Shown: positions 1 through 13,049, counted from the first letter of the stretch. The stretch is 64,000 nucleotides of DNA from Octopus sinensis (GCF_006345805.1 NC_043021.1:14880001-14944000), one strand, 5' to 3'. Translations and numbers: made by a program. Notes: generated from the sequence alone by a model not told the origin.

Positions 1-112
1 ATGCATGGGTGACTGCTGGTCTTCCATAAAAAACAACCTTGCCCAGACTTGTGCCTCAGAGGGTAACTCTCTGGGTGCAAACCCATGGTCAGTGTCTGAC
101 CGAAAGGGGGTC
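1..112 (+). mobile_element. 3' part of a family D SINE, cut by the window edge
   Basis: Matches 24957-25062. Confidence 0.8.
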
Positions 113-788
113 ACCATATTCTTTTAAGATAGGCTACGTGATTATTATAATATACACACATAATAGACATTAGTTGTAGTTTTGTACTTTTATAAGCAAA
201 AGCCATTGGGATATTTCTATAATACCGAAAACCACAATCTCATAGCAACGTGTAGAGTCTTATATGTGGGAGTTTTATAGTCGTACATTAGTAACTATAT
301 CAACGCAGTAAGTATCCATGTAGATAGCAATCTAAGTTAATGCCAGCGAGTGATCCTCCTTCAGCAAAGAATCTAATTTCATTGAGGATTGGTTACAAAT
401 ATTCCTTAAGATTATTAATATTTATACTGAATGCGATGTGAAAACGGGATGTGGATGGAGGTGAGAGTGCGGTTGCTGCAGTATAATTACATACACACAG
501 TTTTACTAATAAACACATACATACTCACAATTATATATATATATATATACACACACGTGTGTACTTTCACATACAAACAAATTCACGTGCATTCATATAC
601 ATACACATACCTGTGTTCTTATACATATACTTATAGACATACACAATTTTATATGTATGTGTATATATATTTATAGGCACTCATATTCATTCATGTGCAT
701 ACACACAACAACATACATATGCATATACATATACACACACATATACACAGACACATGCATACATACATACATATTCAGACACATACAA

Positions 789-819
<31 letters not shown>

Positions 820-1238
820 TACATACATATAAACTCACAGATAGGCATAGACTTACACATACACAATCTTGTAGACACACATACGCATGTCCATAGATAC
901 TCATACTTACATGCAAACATAAACATGCTAACACACATACACTCACACAACTACTAACACACACAAACACAAACACACACACACACACACACACACGCAC
1001 CATTTCGCTATATCTTCTTTAAAAAGGATTAATTTCCCTTATCAAAAAATACGATGAAAACACCAAAAGATAAAACTATTCTGGAAGTCTCCAAGAGAAA
1101 CCACTGCCAGAAGAAAGATGGTATTATCTGCAAAGTAACCAAACTAAGAACTGAGGATTTGGAAATAAGAAACCCACAGGGAAGATGTTTATCATGTCGA
1201 CAGGGTGTGGAGTTGTGGAGGTGGGGGATTTAGAGATG

Positions 1239-1271
<33 letters not shown>

Positions 1272-1811
1272 TAATAATCCTTTCTGCTATAGGCGCAAGG
1301 TCTGAAATTTTGGGGAAAGGGGTTAGGTGATTACACTGATCCCCAGCACATAACTGGTGCTTATTTCATCAACCCCGAAAGGATGAAGAGGAAAGTCGAC
1401 CTTGAGGGAGTTTGAACTCAGAATGTAAGGACGGATGAAAATGTTGTTAAGCACTTGGCCCAACGTGCTAATGGTTCTACCAGCTCACTACCTTAAGAAG
1501 AAGAACAACCACAATTTCTTTTATTTGGATGAGGAAGCCAATATAAGAACAGTTTACAATTTGTGTAGGGGTTTACTGAATAATAATAATAATAATAATT
1601 TCAAATTTTGGGACACGACCAGTAGTATCAAGAGAGGGAGTAAGTTGATTATATCAACCCTAATACTCAACTGGTACTTATGTTATAGATACCGAAAGGA
1701 TGAAAGGTAAAGTTGACCTTAGGAGAATTTGACTGAAATCCTTTCAGGTGGTGCACCAGGATGGCCTCAGCCAAATGACTGAAATGGGTGAAAAAGAACA
1801 AAAAAAATACT

Positions 1812-2400
1812 AACAAGAGCACTCAGAGAGTGCAAACCTCAACCAAGGCAACACGAACATCCTCTCAATAATTAGCCAGAGATGATTTTAAAATGAGAAT
1901 ATCTGAAATGAAATTGACTACTCTCACAAATGAGAATACTAAAAATGAACCTGACCGCTCTCAAAAATTAAGTAAAAAAAAACAGGAAAAATAATCCAGA
2001 ATCCTTGTCCGGTACCTGATCGATCCCAATGGTAGTGATGGAATGTGAAGGTGGCTGTAGAACATTTAGTAATAGTAATAAATAGTTTATGCTTATCTAA
2101 TACAAGCCAAAGTTAACAAATTCTGCATTTAAAATACTTACAGCCTAAAGGGAGACAATTGAGAAAGACTTGAAAGTTAACGTAAGATCGTAATCACGTA
2201 AAGTAAATATAAACAAATAATCCAGAATCCCTGTCCAGTACCGGATTGATCCCAAAATCTAATCGGTTTAAGCTATTCACAAGACCAAACAACCCCAAAA
2301 GTTTTATCCAAATCCATCCAGCAGTTCCTGAGATATCATGTCCATGGACAAACAAACAACTGTAAACAAGACCTCCACTTTTGCTAAGGCGGAGGTAATA
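1812..2400 (+). mobile_element. Helentron-associated / DINE-1-like element with an internal 186-bp insert
   Basis: Starts aacaagagcactcagagag...acctcaaccaaggc and ends in the stem-loop acctccac...gcggaggt aata. A 40-bp direct repeat lies at 1990-2029 and 2216-2255. Confidence 0.55.
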
Positions 2401-3161
2401 ATAATAAATACAATGGCAATTTTATTGCAGATAAATCACTTTTTTTTTTATATCAGTGTCTTTTTTCTCTTCTAGAGGATAGGAAAAAGAAGGGGGAGGA
2501 TGAGAAGCGGGGGGGGGTAGGATGAGGGAAAGGAAGAGAGATGGATATCGTTAAGGTGAGGAAGAGGGGGCTGGAATGGTGAGGATGGGAGGGGAGCAGA
2601 TGAGGAGGAAAGAGAAGCGAAGGTGGAAGAAGAAAGTGAGAAAGAAGGAAGAAAGCAAGAGAGGAGAGGAAGAGGGTGGTGGTGACCAGGGGAGGGAAGA
2701 TAGGGATAGGAGGATGGTGAGAAAGAGAGCAGCTCAGGGTGGGTGGGTAGATGGGTGGAGGTGTTCTGGTGGGACTTATCTGTCTCTACATATGATATGT
2801 AATATAGGATATGATATGGTGATACGTTGATATGGCCAATGACTGACAGACAGGAAATACAGGACAGATAACCAACAACAAGAACCACCCCAAAGATTAT
2901 CTTTATCAGAAACTAGAACAGAGCTTAGGAGGGTTCCTGCTATATACTCACTCACTCTCTCTATATATACATACATGTATGTATATATATATATATATAT
3001 ATACATACATGTATGTGTATATATACATACATGTATCTGTATATATATATATACATACATGTATCTGTATATATATATATACATACATGTATCTGTATAT
3101 ATATATACATACATGTATGTGTGTATATACATACATGTATGTGTGTATATACATACATGTA

Positions 3162-3213
<52 letters not shown>

Positions 3214-3446
3214 CACAGACACACACTGCTCTGATTAAAACAGCTTGTGAATAAGATACATAAATCAATTTTCTACTTTATATACATATACATATATGTA
3301 TATACATACATATATGTATATACATACATACATGCATAAATACACGCACTTAAATCTACACAACCCAGTTAACCAACATGATATTTATACAGCAACATGA
3401 CATTAATGAGACAAGACATTATTAGAAGCAACAATTTTTGAAACAG

Positions 3447-3509
<63 letters not shown>

Positions 3510-4030
3510 ATATAATGGGAACAGAGTTAACATCGCGGTTCCTCGGACCCTTTTATCAGTCTATCTATGCTTTTTCCTTTCCTATTTTTGCTTCTTTTTT
3601 TTTAATAATTTGTATGATCTTAAATGAAGAACAGCAGCAAAAATGATGCTTTTGTAGGGTTTCCAAGAATAGTGTGTGTGTGTGTGTGTGTGTGAAAGAG
3701 AGAGAGAGTTAAAATAAGCAAAGGAATGGCTATCAATGGTTCATAACCAGGCTCTAAATGGCCCTTCGGGCTCCATGTAGAAGCAATGAATTTTAACAAC
3801 AAAATCAACATCGCTTGACAACCGATGCTGGTGTATTTACATCCCCGTAACTTAGCAGTTCGGCAAAAGAGACCGATAGAATAAGTACTAGGCTTACAAA
3901 GAAAAAGTCCTAGGGTTGATTTGCTCGACTAAAAAAGGCAGTGCTCCAGCATGGCCATGGTCAAATGACTGAAACAAGTAAAAGAGTAAAGAGTAAGGCT
4001 AGTAATTTTGAGGGGAGGGGGAAAGTCGAT

Positions 4031-4335
4031 TATGACAAAGGGTTCCAGTTGATCCAATCAAAGGAACAACAGTCTACTCATGAAATTAAGGTGCAACTGG
4101 TTGAATACTCCACAGATATACACACCCTTAACATATTTCTTACGGAGATCCAGTGTGAGACAGAGTGTGACAAGGCTGGCCCTTTGACTTACAGGTAGAA
4201 CCCACCTTTGCCAGCTGAGTGGACTGGAGCAACGTAAAATAAAGTGTCTTGTCCAAGAACCCCACACACAACCAGGAATTGAGCTTACGACCTTATGATC
4301 ACGAGCTGAATATATCAACCAGTAAGCCACACGCT
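4031..4335 (-). mobile_element. tRNA-derived SINE nested in a family B SINE
   Basis: Head GGCGTGTGGCTTACTGG; the family B sequence is split on either side. Confidence 0.65.
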
Positions 4336-5190
4336 TTCACTCAAATACCAGTGATTAACTGGTGTTTATTTTTATTGACCCCAAAAGCTGAAAGGCAAAG
4401 TTGACCTGGGTAGGATTTGAACACAGAAGAAATGATGCAAATCATTTGGGCCAATGTGCTAACGATCTTAGCAGCTCGTTGCTTTCATAATTCCTTACAG
4501 TAGTCGGTAAACGATGAAAGATCAATTTGTCGGCATTGGCAAGGAAAAGTCACATGGTTAGGCGTAAAATTATTTGAAGTTTATTTTGTATTTTTCTTTT
4601 CAACTTTTATTTATATTTCGTTTAATTTAGTGCAGGGTGGATGGGAGGGGAGTCTTCCAAAAGAATTTCATTACAAGAAGCAAGTTTCGTATTTCAAAAG
4701 GAATTAAGTAATTTTCGGTTAAATTACACATAAATTGTAGCTTTATCTAATGAACTGAGCAGGGCTCGTTATGAATTAGAAAAACTAATTGCTATTGGTT
4801 AAATGAAATTTTGTGGTTGTTTTTATAAAAATTGTGTGTTTTTGAGAAGAGAGAGAGAGAGAGAGAAAGCAAGAGTGCATATGTATGTATATAAGAATGA
4901 ATGTATTAATGTATGTACATATGAATTAATACATACACACACATGAATGTATAAGTACAACTGTATATAAGAATGAATGTATACATAAGCATCCATGAAT
5001 GAATATACACACATACACAAATATGTACATATATATATGTATCCAAATAAATCAAAGGAATATGCAAGTGCAAATGTGTATAAAATTAATGTATAATTGT
5101 ATGTATAAATGAATGAATGCCCACATACATGATATGTATATATACAAATGAATATGTAACTATGACTGTATGTATATATGTATGTAGTTC

Positions 5191-5573
5191 TTTTATTCTT
5201 TTACTTGTTTCAGTCATTTGAGTGTGGCCATGCTGAAGTACCGCCTTTAGTCGAGCAAATTGACCCCAGGATTTATTCTTTGTAAGCCTAATACTTATTC
5301 TTTTGGTTTCTTTTGCCAAAACGCTAAATTATGGGGATGTAAACACACCGGCATCGGTTATCAAGCAACGGTGGGAGGACAAACATGGACACACAAACAT
5401 ATATATATGATGGGCTTCTTTCAGTTTCCATCTACCAAATCCACCACTCACAAGGCTTTGGTCGGCCTGAGGCTGTAGTAGAAGACACTTGCCCAAGGTG
5501 CCATGCAGTAGGACTGAACCCAGAACCATGTGGTCTGTAAGCAAGCTACTTACCACACTGCCAATCCTGCACC
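5191..5573 (-). mobile_element. Family C SINE (about 400 bp, internal TA/CA microsatellite)
   Basis: tRNA-like head GGCAGTGTGGTAAGTAGC...GGTTCAGTCC and a tail ending GACTGAAACAAGTAAAAG. Confidence 0.85.
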
Positions 5574-7703
5574 ATTATTCAGTTTATTTCAAGATTTCTA
5601 GCCAATAGAGAAACCTAGATCCAAGGCTCCTTCATTGGAATTTCAACATCAACAACAGGATATTTTTGTCCGTCCGTCCGTATGTATGTATGTATGTATG
5701 TATGATGTGCAGATTTGTATGTTTTATGTATCTACTTGCAGACATATAGTTGTATGTCTAGACATGCTCATATATATTTAAATGATAAACTTCTGAAAAG
5801 TTTTACAGATGTTTACAGTTCCAGTGATGAATTAGATCTGTAGACTTTGAATTAGCTTTCTCCTTTCTGGTTTTGAGAAGCCTAATTTCTCAAGATTGGT
5901 ATTTAGGCAGTGTTACATATCCCAGGGCTCCAATAATTACAGGTATAAACCTGAACTTGAAACCTGGATAGAGTAACTGCAGATTTCTCTAAGTACCTAA
6001 GTTCAGCATAAGTGTTCTCTTTTTCACTGATCTTCAGCTTTATGTTAACATCCACTGGGCACCAAATTTCCACAACTGTGCACATATGTATGTATGTGTA
6101 TATGTAGGTATGTATATGCTTATTTTACATACAGACTTGTTTTCATTCAAAGATATTGAATGTAAACAAGTCTGTAATTAAGACGAACAGATAGACATTA
6201 CTTTTGACCAACAAAATTATTATATTTGCAATCATATATAATTTTTATATATGTATACAATAATTTCATTTGCAATCATATATAATTTTTACTAAGCTGC
6301 ATCCTGCATCATCATTATGAGTACATAATAGTACATAATTTACCAGTGCATATTGTACGCAATTAATTAATAAAACAAACACTAAAACAACAAAAAAAAA
6401 ACAATACCAATAAAAATAAATGCAAAATAACCAACAAATAAGTTGGTTAGAAAAAAAAAAAAAATTTTCCGGTAAATAATTGTTGGTTACATGAAAAACC
6501 ACAGAAAATTATTTACCATTTTTATTGAATTATATATATATATAGATAGATAGATAGATAGATATATATGCATATATACACACACACACACATATAGAAA
6601 CATACAGAAAGAGAGAGAGACAGAGAGACAGAGAGAGAAAAGAGGCAATTTTGGACAATTCTTTATTATTGCTTTCATTCATTTAACTAGTTAAATGATT
6701 GAAAGTGCTAATAAAGAATTATCCAAAATTCTGACTGCCTCTGTTTTCTCAATATGCAATATCTGTACACGACTTCAAACACACTATACATATATAGAGA
6801 GAGACAGACAGACAGACATTGATGTTCTATTTTCGTTTTCTTTTACTTGAAACCACATTTTTCATCTTTTTTCTTCGCATGTTCACCAGCATCACTGGTC
6901 ATTTTGTTTGTTCATTTTTTTTAAAGTTTTTTTTTTTAATATATAACCTACCTTCTTTTTGACACCATCACTTTGCACCTAGCAGCCAAAGATCGATCAG
7001 ATAATCTATACACCCTCAGTTCAGTCAACGAAACACAGTAAACCATTTCACTACAGACCTGACCAGTCACCATTCTGCCACGCTCAGCATACAATAACAC
7101 CATTATTACAGCTGAATTTTATCCTCCTCTTTCTCTCTCTCTCTCTCCAAACTGTTTACTGAAATGGTTTGGAGAAAGTATTTAGTTAAATGGTTTGGTA
7201 AAAGAGAGAGAGAGAGAGATGGAGAAGAGACGAAAACCAGCAATAATCTTCGTAATGGATTTTTCGCCAGCAGCCATACAATTCAAAGAATGATATATAA
7301 ACCGTGTGTTTATATTCAATCTAAAGATTGATTACAATGTTATACAGGGGTTATGTATTGACCAGACACGACACACATACATACATGACAGACACTAAAA
7401 CACCAAACAGCAGCAGCAGCGGCTTAGATTAAATTATATAAATAGATTATACTTTATATAAATGGATTAACTGAGTCTTTTGTTGTGGGGAGTTTTTCTA
7501 TGTGTGAGTGGGTTTTTTTTAATCTTTTTTTATCTTTTTTTTTCCCTTTTTTTCTTTTTTTTTGTAAGCATGAAGCTCATAATTGAATTTTCATCCTTCT
7601 GATAACAGCAGAGAACGACATCACTGTTGTGATTATAAATGGCAGTACTTCAGTTATTGTTGCTTCTTACACATTCTACATTACAGGAATTGGCTTCTCC
7701 CTA

Positions 7704-8233
7704 CCCATCCATCCACCCATCTATTTTTTTTTCACCTGGTATTTCTGGAAGGCTCATTTGCGTAATTTCCTCACACACCTCTTCAATAAGATCCTATCAG
7801 AAACAACCATCATTAGACAGTCTCTTGCTGGATCTCCAAGCATGACCAGCTCAGACTATGGACATTACCCAACCCTCTCATTCTTGGTCCACCCCTAGGT
7901 CTTCTGCCAGTCAAAGGGTAGAGTCTTCAGGTACCTCCTCCATAGTGTTTAATCAGAAGCAACCATCATTACACTTTCCTGCTGGATCTCCAAGCATGAC
8001 CAGCTTGACTATGGACATTATCCAACCCTCTCATTCTTGGTCGACCCCTAGGTCTCCTGCCAGTCAAAGGGCAGAGTCTTCAGGTACCTCCTCTATAGTG
8101 TTTTATCAGAAGCAACTGTCATTACACTTTCCTACTGGATCCCCAAACATGACCAACTCAGACTATGGACATTATCCAACAACCTTCTTGGTCAACCCCA
8201 GGTCTCCAGCTGGTTGGCTTGGCTTGAGGAACC
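7704..8233 (-). mobile_element. RTE-clade (Expander-like) LINE 3' end with an internal roughly 155-bp tandem triplication
   Basis: Minus-strand translation GRRPRGGPRMRGLGNVHSLSWSCLEIQQE resembles the RTE C-terminus, and there is a GATGGATGG tail. Repeat starts at 7798, 7954 and 8107. Confidence 0.75.
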
Positions 8234-8892
8234 TATCTTAAGATTTTTTCAAGTGACATTCTAATCACATCTCTAGCACCAAAGCTGTGAACTCTCAATG
8301 TGAAGAGGTACTTCTACCTAAATAAATTAAAAAAAAAAAAAAAAACCAGTCACAACCAGTCATCACTTGAAAGCAAGTATCAGTTGGTAACACGTACCAA
8401 CTGCCACAATATTGTCATCATTTTAACACCCATTTTCCATGGCCCAACATCCTTTCTTGTCAGCAACCCTTACTTGTTTCCAAGCAAGTTTAATATTTCC
8501 CAGAGAAGAATGGAAACGGACAACCTTGCTTGTAGGATGGTGATGCTCATTTATGACCATCATGTGATGTCTAGACAAGTTTAAACAAGCTTTCACACAC
8601 ATGCTTCTTTCAGTTTCCATCTACTGTACCCTGGGGTAAAAGTGTAACTGAACCTAGGACTACACAGTTGGAAAGCAAGTTTCTTAACCACAGAGCCATG
8701 CTTGCACTTATACATACAGTTTATATAGATAGAGAGAGATAAGGAAATATTTTTATTCTCAAACGCAGGATAATGCTATCTCAACACTTCTAAAGCAAAC
8801 TTTGTTGACTTTCAACATGAGTTGAATTTAATGCATGATAGAATCTTAGAAAGCTAGATTTATATATTCTAAAATTGCAGAATTTTTTGCTA

Positions 8893-8968
8893 GGCAGTTT
8901 AGCTTAATGGTAAAGCACTTGATGTGTAATCACAGGGATAGAAGTTCGAGTCTCGTGGCCGGCTGCCG
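8893..8968 (+). pseudogene. Degenerate tRNA-Thr(TGT)-like sequence (pseudogene or SINE head)
   Basis: A-box TAGCTTAATGG, B-box GTTCGAGTC, acceptor strands GGCAGTT/GGCTGCC and loop TGTGTAA. The anticodon and T stems are mismatched, so it is not a functional tRNA. Confidence 0.4.
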
Positions 8969-9128
8969 ACAGATTCTTCTGCAAAACATGGATGGTTTAT
9001 CCTGTTCATGCTATATTATTAGCATTATCGTGTGTTTGAGAATAAAATTATTTCCTTACCTGTATCTTTCAATATATCTCAACGCTTTTAAAGCAAACTT
9101 TGTTTGTTGACTTTCAACCTAAGTTGAA

Positions 9129-9161
<33 letters not shown>

Positions 9162-9165
<4 letters not shown>

Positions 9166-9460
9166 CTTGATCACCATGACCGACCAGGCTATCGGATGTT
9201 GCTACACATTGCTGGTCACATTGTTTTAGCCTTCAAATGACGCCACCCCACTGGCTAAGCGAGCAGGCCAACAGAAGAAAGAGTGAGAGCAAGTTGTGGT
9301 GAAAGAGTACAGTAGGGATCGCCACCACCCCCTGCCGGAGCCTCGTGGAGCTGTAGGTGTTTTCACTCAATTAACACTCACAACGCCCAGCCTAGGAATC
9401 GAAACCACGATCCTACGACCGCGAGTCCGCTGCCCTAACCATTGGGCCATTGCACCTCCA
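9162..9460 (-). mobile_element. tRNA-derived SINE with a distinct body
   Basis: Head TGGCCCAATGGTTAGGGC...GGTTTCGATTCC; inserted within (TA)n. Confidence 0.75.
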
Positions 9461-9690
9461 TATATATATTTATAATAGGTGTAAAAAGGTCGAATGTAGA
9501 TTAATCCTTTAATTTGGAGGTTTCCAAAGAAGATTTCTAATGTTCATTCTTCATATCTACAGACGTAAATTTGCGAATATGAAAACGATACTTGTATATG
9601 ATGCGTGGTGAATTTATGGAAAGAAATCCCATAAAACTCATCAATTTAGTTAAAAATGGAGAAGACAAGTTGTTAAAATATATACAGAAG

Positions 9691-9921
9691 GCGGCGAGCT
9701 GGCAGAAACGTTAGCACACTGGGCGAAATGCTTAGCGGTATTGCGTCTGTCGTTGCGTTCTGAGTTCAAATTCCGCCGAGGTCGACTTTGCCTTTCATCC
9801 TTTCGGGGTCGATAAATTAAGTACCAGTTACGCACTGGAGTCGATGTAATCGACTTAATCCGTTTGTCTGTCCTTGTTTGTCTTCTCTATGTTTAGCCCC
9901 TTGTGGGCAATAAAGAAACAG
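9691..9921 (+). mobile_element. tRNA-derived SINE, family A (young, full length)
   Basis: 11-bp TSD ATATACAGAAG at 9680-9690 and 9922-9932; B-box-like GAGTTCAAATTCC. Confidence 0.9.
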
Positions 9922-10419
9922 ATATACAGAAGTACAAAGCTAGACCCATACTATCTCAATTTTACCCACCGATATTGTTGCATTAAGTTCCTCGCATTAT
10001 ACATGAATAAGTACTGTATATATTAAGTATGGCACAAGAATCCTTGCACCAGACACATGGTGATACAGTGACTACAGTGACTAAAGTTTCAACACCAAAA
10101 CAGTGCATCTCACTTCATTCTATTCTCATAACACTCAGGTTGACTAAACCAAAAGAAATAAATAAAAATAAAAACAAAATAAAATAAAAACAACCACTGT
10201 TTTTGACAGAAAAAGAAAAACTGCAAAACAGGAGAGAGAGAGAGAGAGAGTCAGAGAGAGAGAGAGAGAGAGAGAAATCCTTGGTTGTTTCCAGAGAACA
10301 TCAGTTGCCATGGATATCTCACATTACCAACTGCATTAAGCTGGATATATATTTCCAAACATTAAGTCGGGACCTAATGGTTTTCTTGTCTGGTTTTGTT
10401 TTATTGGGAGGGGTGGGGG

Positions 10420-11510
10420 TGAGGGGGGTTGAATGTGATGGTGGTGGTGGTGGGGGGGTCGTTTTTTGGTCTATCATTGAAATAAAATCCATCTTCCTCA
10501 ATGAGGCCACCCCCCATCATCCCTGTGTATGCTACCATCGTTACACTTCATTTGTCACAACGACTGAAATTACAACAACCATTCATACCACCACGATTTA
10601 CCTTCACCACCACCACCACCAACACAAACACCACTCCCATCATCCTCAACATAACAACTACCAACCTCACCACAACCAACACCACCACCACCATGACCAC
10701 AACCATCATCATAATCATCATTATTACCAACATCATCTCTACAACGGCTGTCATCACCAGTGTCATCACCATCATCACTAATACCGCAACTGTCAGAACC
10801 CTTCCCTAATACAAGCATCAGTACTACTGTTAACTACCAGCATCACCACTACCACCACTATAACCAATAGTACCAACATCCTTGTCTCCATCGCCACCTC
10901 CTCCTACCATCACCAACACCTTTGTCATTACCTGTTACCATTATCACCACCAACACCACCACCACCATCAGCTGGATATATTTCTAAACATTAAGTTGGG
11001 ACCTAATGATTTTCTGGGGGGGGGGGGGATCTTACCGTTACTACCACCACTACTGCCACCATCTCCACAACAATCACCACCATCAGTATTACCACAATCT
11101 ATCACCACTACCATAACTGCCATCATCATCACCACCATCACCACAACAACAACCATCAGCACCAATGCCATTGCCTCCATCACCACCTCCTTCCACCATC
11201 ATCACTGCAACCATCAACACCACCACCACCATCATCATCACTTCGATCATTGCTATCATTATCTTAACATTGCTACCACCACCACCACCATTTCCACAAC
11301 CATCACCATTACCACCACCACTACCACCACCACCACCACCACCACCACCATCACTAATGTTGGTGCCACCACCACCACCATTTCCACAACAATCACCATT
11401 ACTACCACCACCACCACAACCATCACCATTACCACCACCACCAACACCACCACCTCCACAACCATCACCATTACCACCACCAACACCACCACCACCGCCA
11501 CCTTTATTAT
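10420..11510. repeat. Cryptic (CAC/CAT/CAA)n trinucleotide region
   Basis: Gives low-complexity poly-His, poly-Thr and poly-Pro frames. Confidence 0.9.
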
Positions 11511-11698
11511 TCTTAGTTTTCTGTTTCACTTGTTTCCTTTCTCTCCAAATAATGCTGTTGTAGCTGCCCTTTTAAGGGCGGAAACAAATCAATACTCACA
11601 CTTTAGGGGTCAGTGCAGAACATTATTTGTATAGGATTTACAGGGCCTAACATTTTCTCTCTCTCTCTCTGTTTCAACCAAACTACCTCTCTCTCTCA

Positions 11699-11762
<64 letters not shown>

Positions 11763-11930
11763 TATAAAGGTACAAACACTCAAACACACAAGCATGCATC
11801 TGCACACACAAATTCATATTAACATATATATATATTTATTCACACATACACACCCACAAACACACAAGTATACATGCAGTCGCCACCCCACCCCCACATA
11901 CATGCACACTCACATAAATACATATAAAAG

Positions 11931-11975
<45 letters not shown>

Positions 11976-12457
11976 TATGCACACACACACATAAGCATGC
12001 ACACACACACATAAGCATGCACACACACACAATTTTATCTGCCTCTGAATCCCTTTATTGAAAGACAAACCCCTAAATATCAAACCAACACCATATGAAT
12101 GAGTATGGAGTCAACAAGTGACTATGTGGTTACTAGACCTGCTAGAAACGTCAACCAAATCCCCTACAAATTACAACACCTTATCATCTTAAAAAAGAAG
12201 GGAAGGACACAGATAATTCTCTCTAATTTTGGCACATCTTTTATCCTTTACTTGTTTCAGCAATAAGACTGTGGCCATGCTGGGGCACCGCTGAAAAGAA
12301 TTTTAGTCGAAAGAATCAACGATGGTACCATTTTTGAAACCTGGTACTTATCCTATCTGTAAGTAATGGAGACATAAATACTCCCACACTGGTTGTCAAG
12401 CAATATTAGGGGACAAACACAAACCATACACATTATATATATATGTTATATATACCT

Positions 12458-12757
12458 GTGCCAATGGCATGTAAAAAGCACCATCTGAAGGGAGGTCGAT
12501 ACCAGTGTCACTGGGTTGGCTCCCGTGCCGGTGGCACATAAAAAGCACCATTTGAGTGTGGTCCATACCAGTGCCACCTGACTGGCCCCCATGCCAGTGG
12601 CATGTAAAAAGCACCCACTACATTCTCAGAGTAGTTGGCATTAGGAAGAGCATCAAGCTGTAGAAACCTTGCCAGATCAGACTGGAGCCTTGCGCAGCCT
12701 CCCGGCTTGCCAGTCCCCAGTGGACATTAAATGATGATAGGGATGATGATAATGATG
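12458..12757 (+). mobile_element. RTE LINE 3' UTR fragment, same family as 40769-41413
   Basis: Repeated ggcatgtaaaaagcacc units, the ttggcattaggaagagcatcaagctgtagaaac motif and a (GAT)n tail. Confidence 0.75.
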
Positions 12758-12854
12758 ATATATATATACACAGATGACGGACTTCTTTCACTTTCTACCA
12801 AATCTACTCACAAGGCTTTGGTTGGGCTGAGGCTAGTGAAAACATTTGCCCAAG

Positions 12855-13049
12855 GTGCCATGCAGTGGGACTGAACCAAGAGGTGCCATGCAATGGAACT
12901 GAACCCAGAGGTGCCATGCAATGGAACTGAACCCAGAGGTGCCATGCAATGGAACTGAACCCAGAGGTGCCATGCAATGGAACTGAACCCAGAGGTGCCA
13001 TGCAATGGAACTGAACCAAGAGGTGCCATGCAATGGAACTGAACCAAGA
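12855..13049. repeat. 28-bp minisatellite, 7 copies, derived from a family C SINE segment
   Basis: GTGCCATGCAATGGAACTGAACC(C/A)AGAG starts at 12855, 12883, 12911, 12939, 12967, 12995 and 13023. Confidence 0.95.

Noticed and set aside
1054-1233. 59-codon plus-strand ORF (MKTPKDKTILEV...)
   Set aside because: It is short, has no recognisable homology or splice context, and its length is within chance expectation.
10203-11634. Long His/Thr/Pro-rich ORFs (192, 250, 146 and 132 aa)
   Set aside because: They are products of stop-poor trinucleotide repeats and are open in several frames on both strands.
12855-13049. CRISPR-like 28-bp repeats
   Set aside because: The repeats are contiguous with no spacers, derive from a SINE, and sit in a eukaryotic context with no cas genes.
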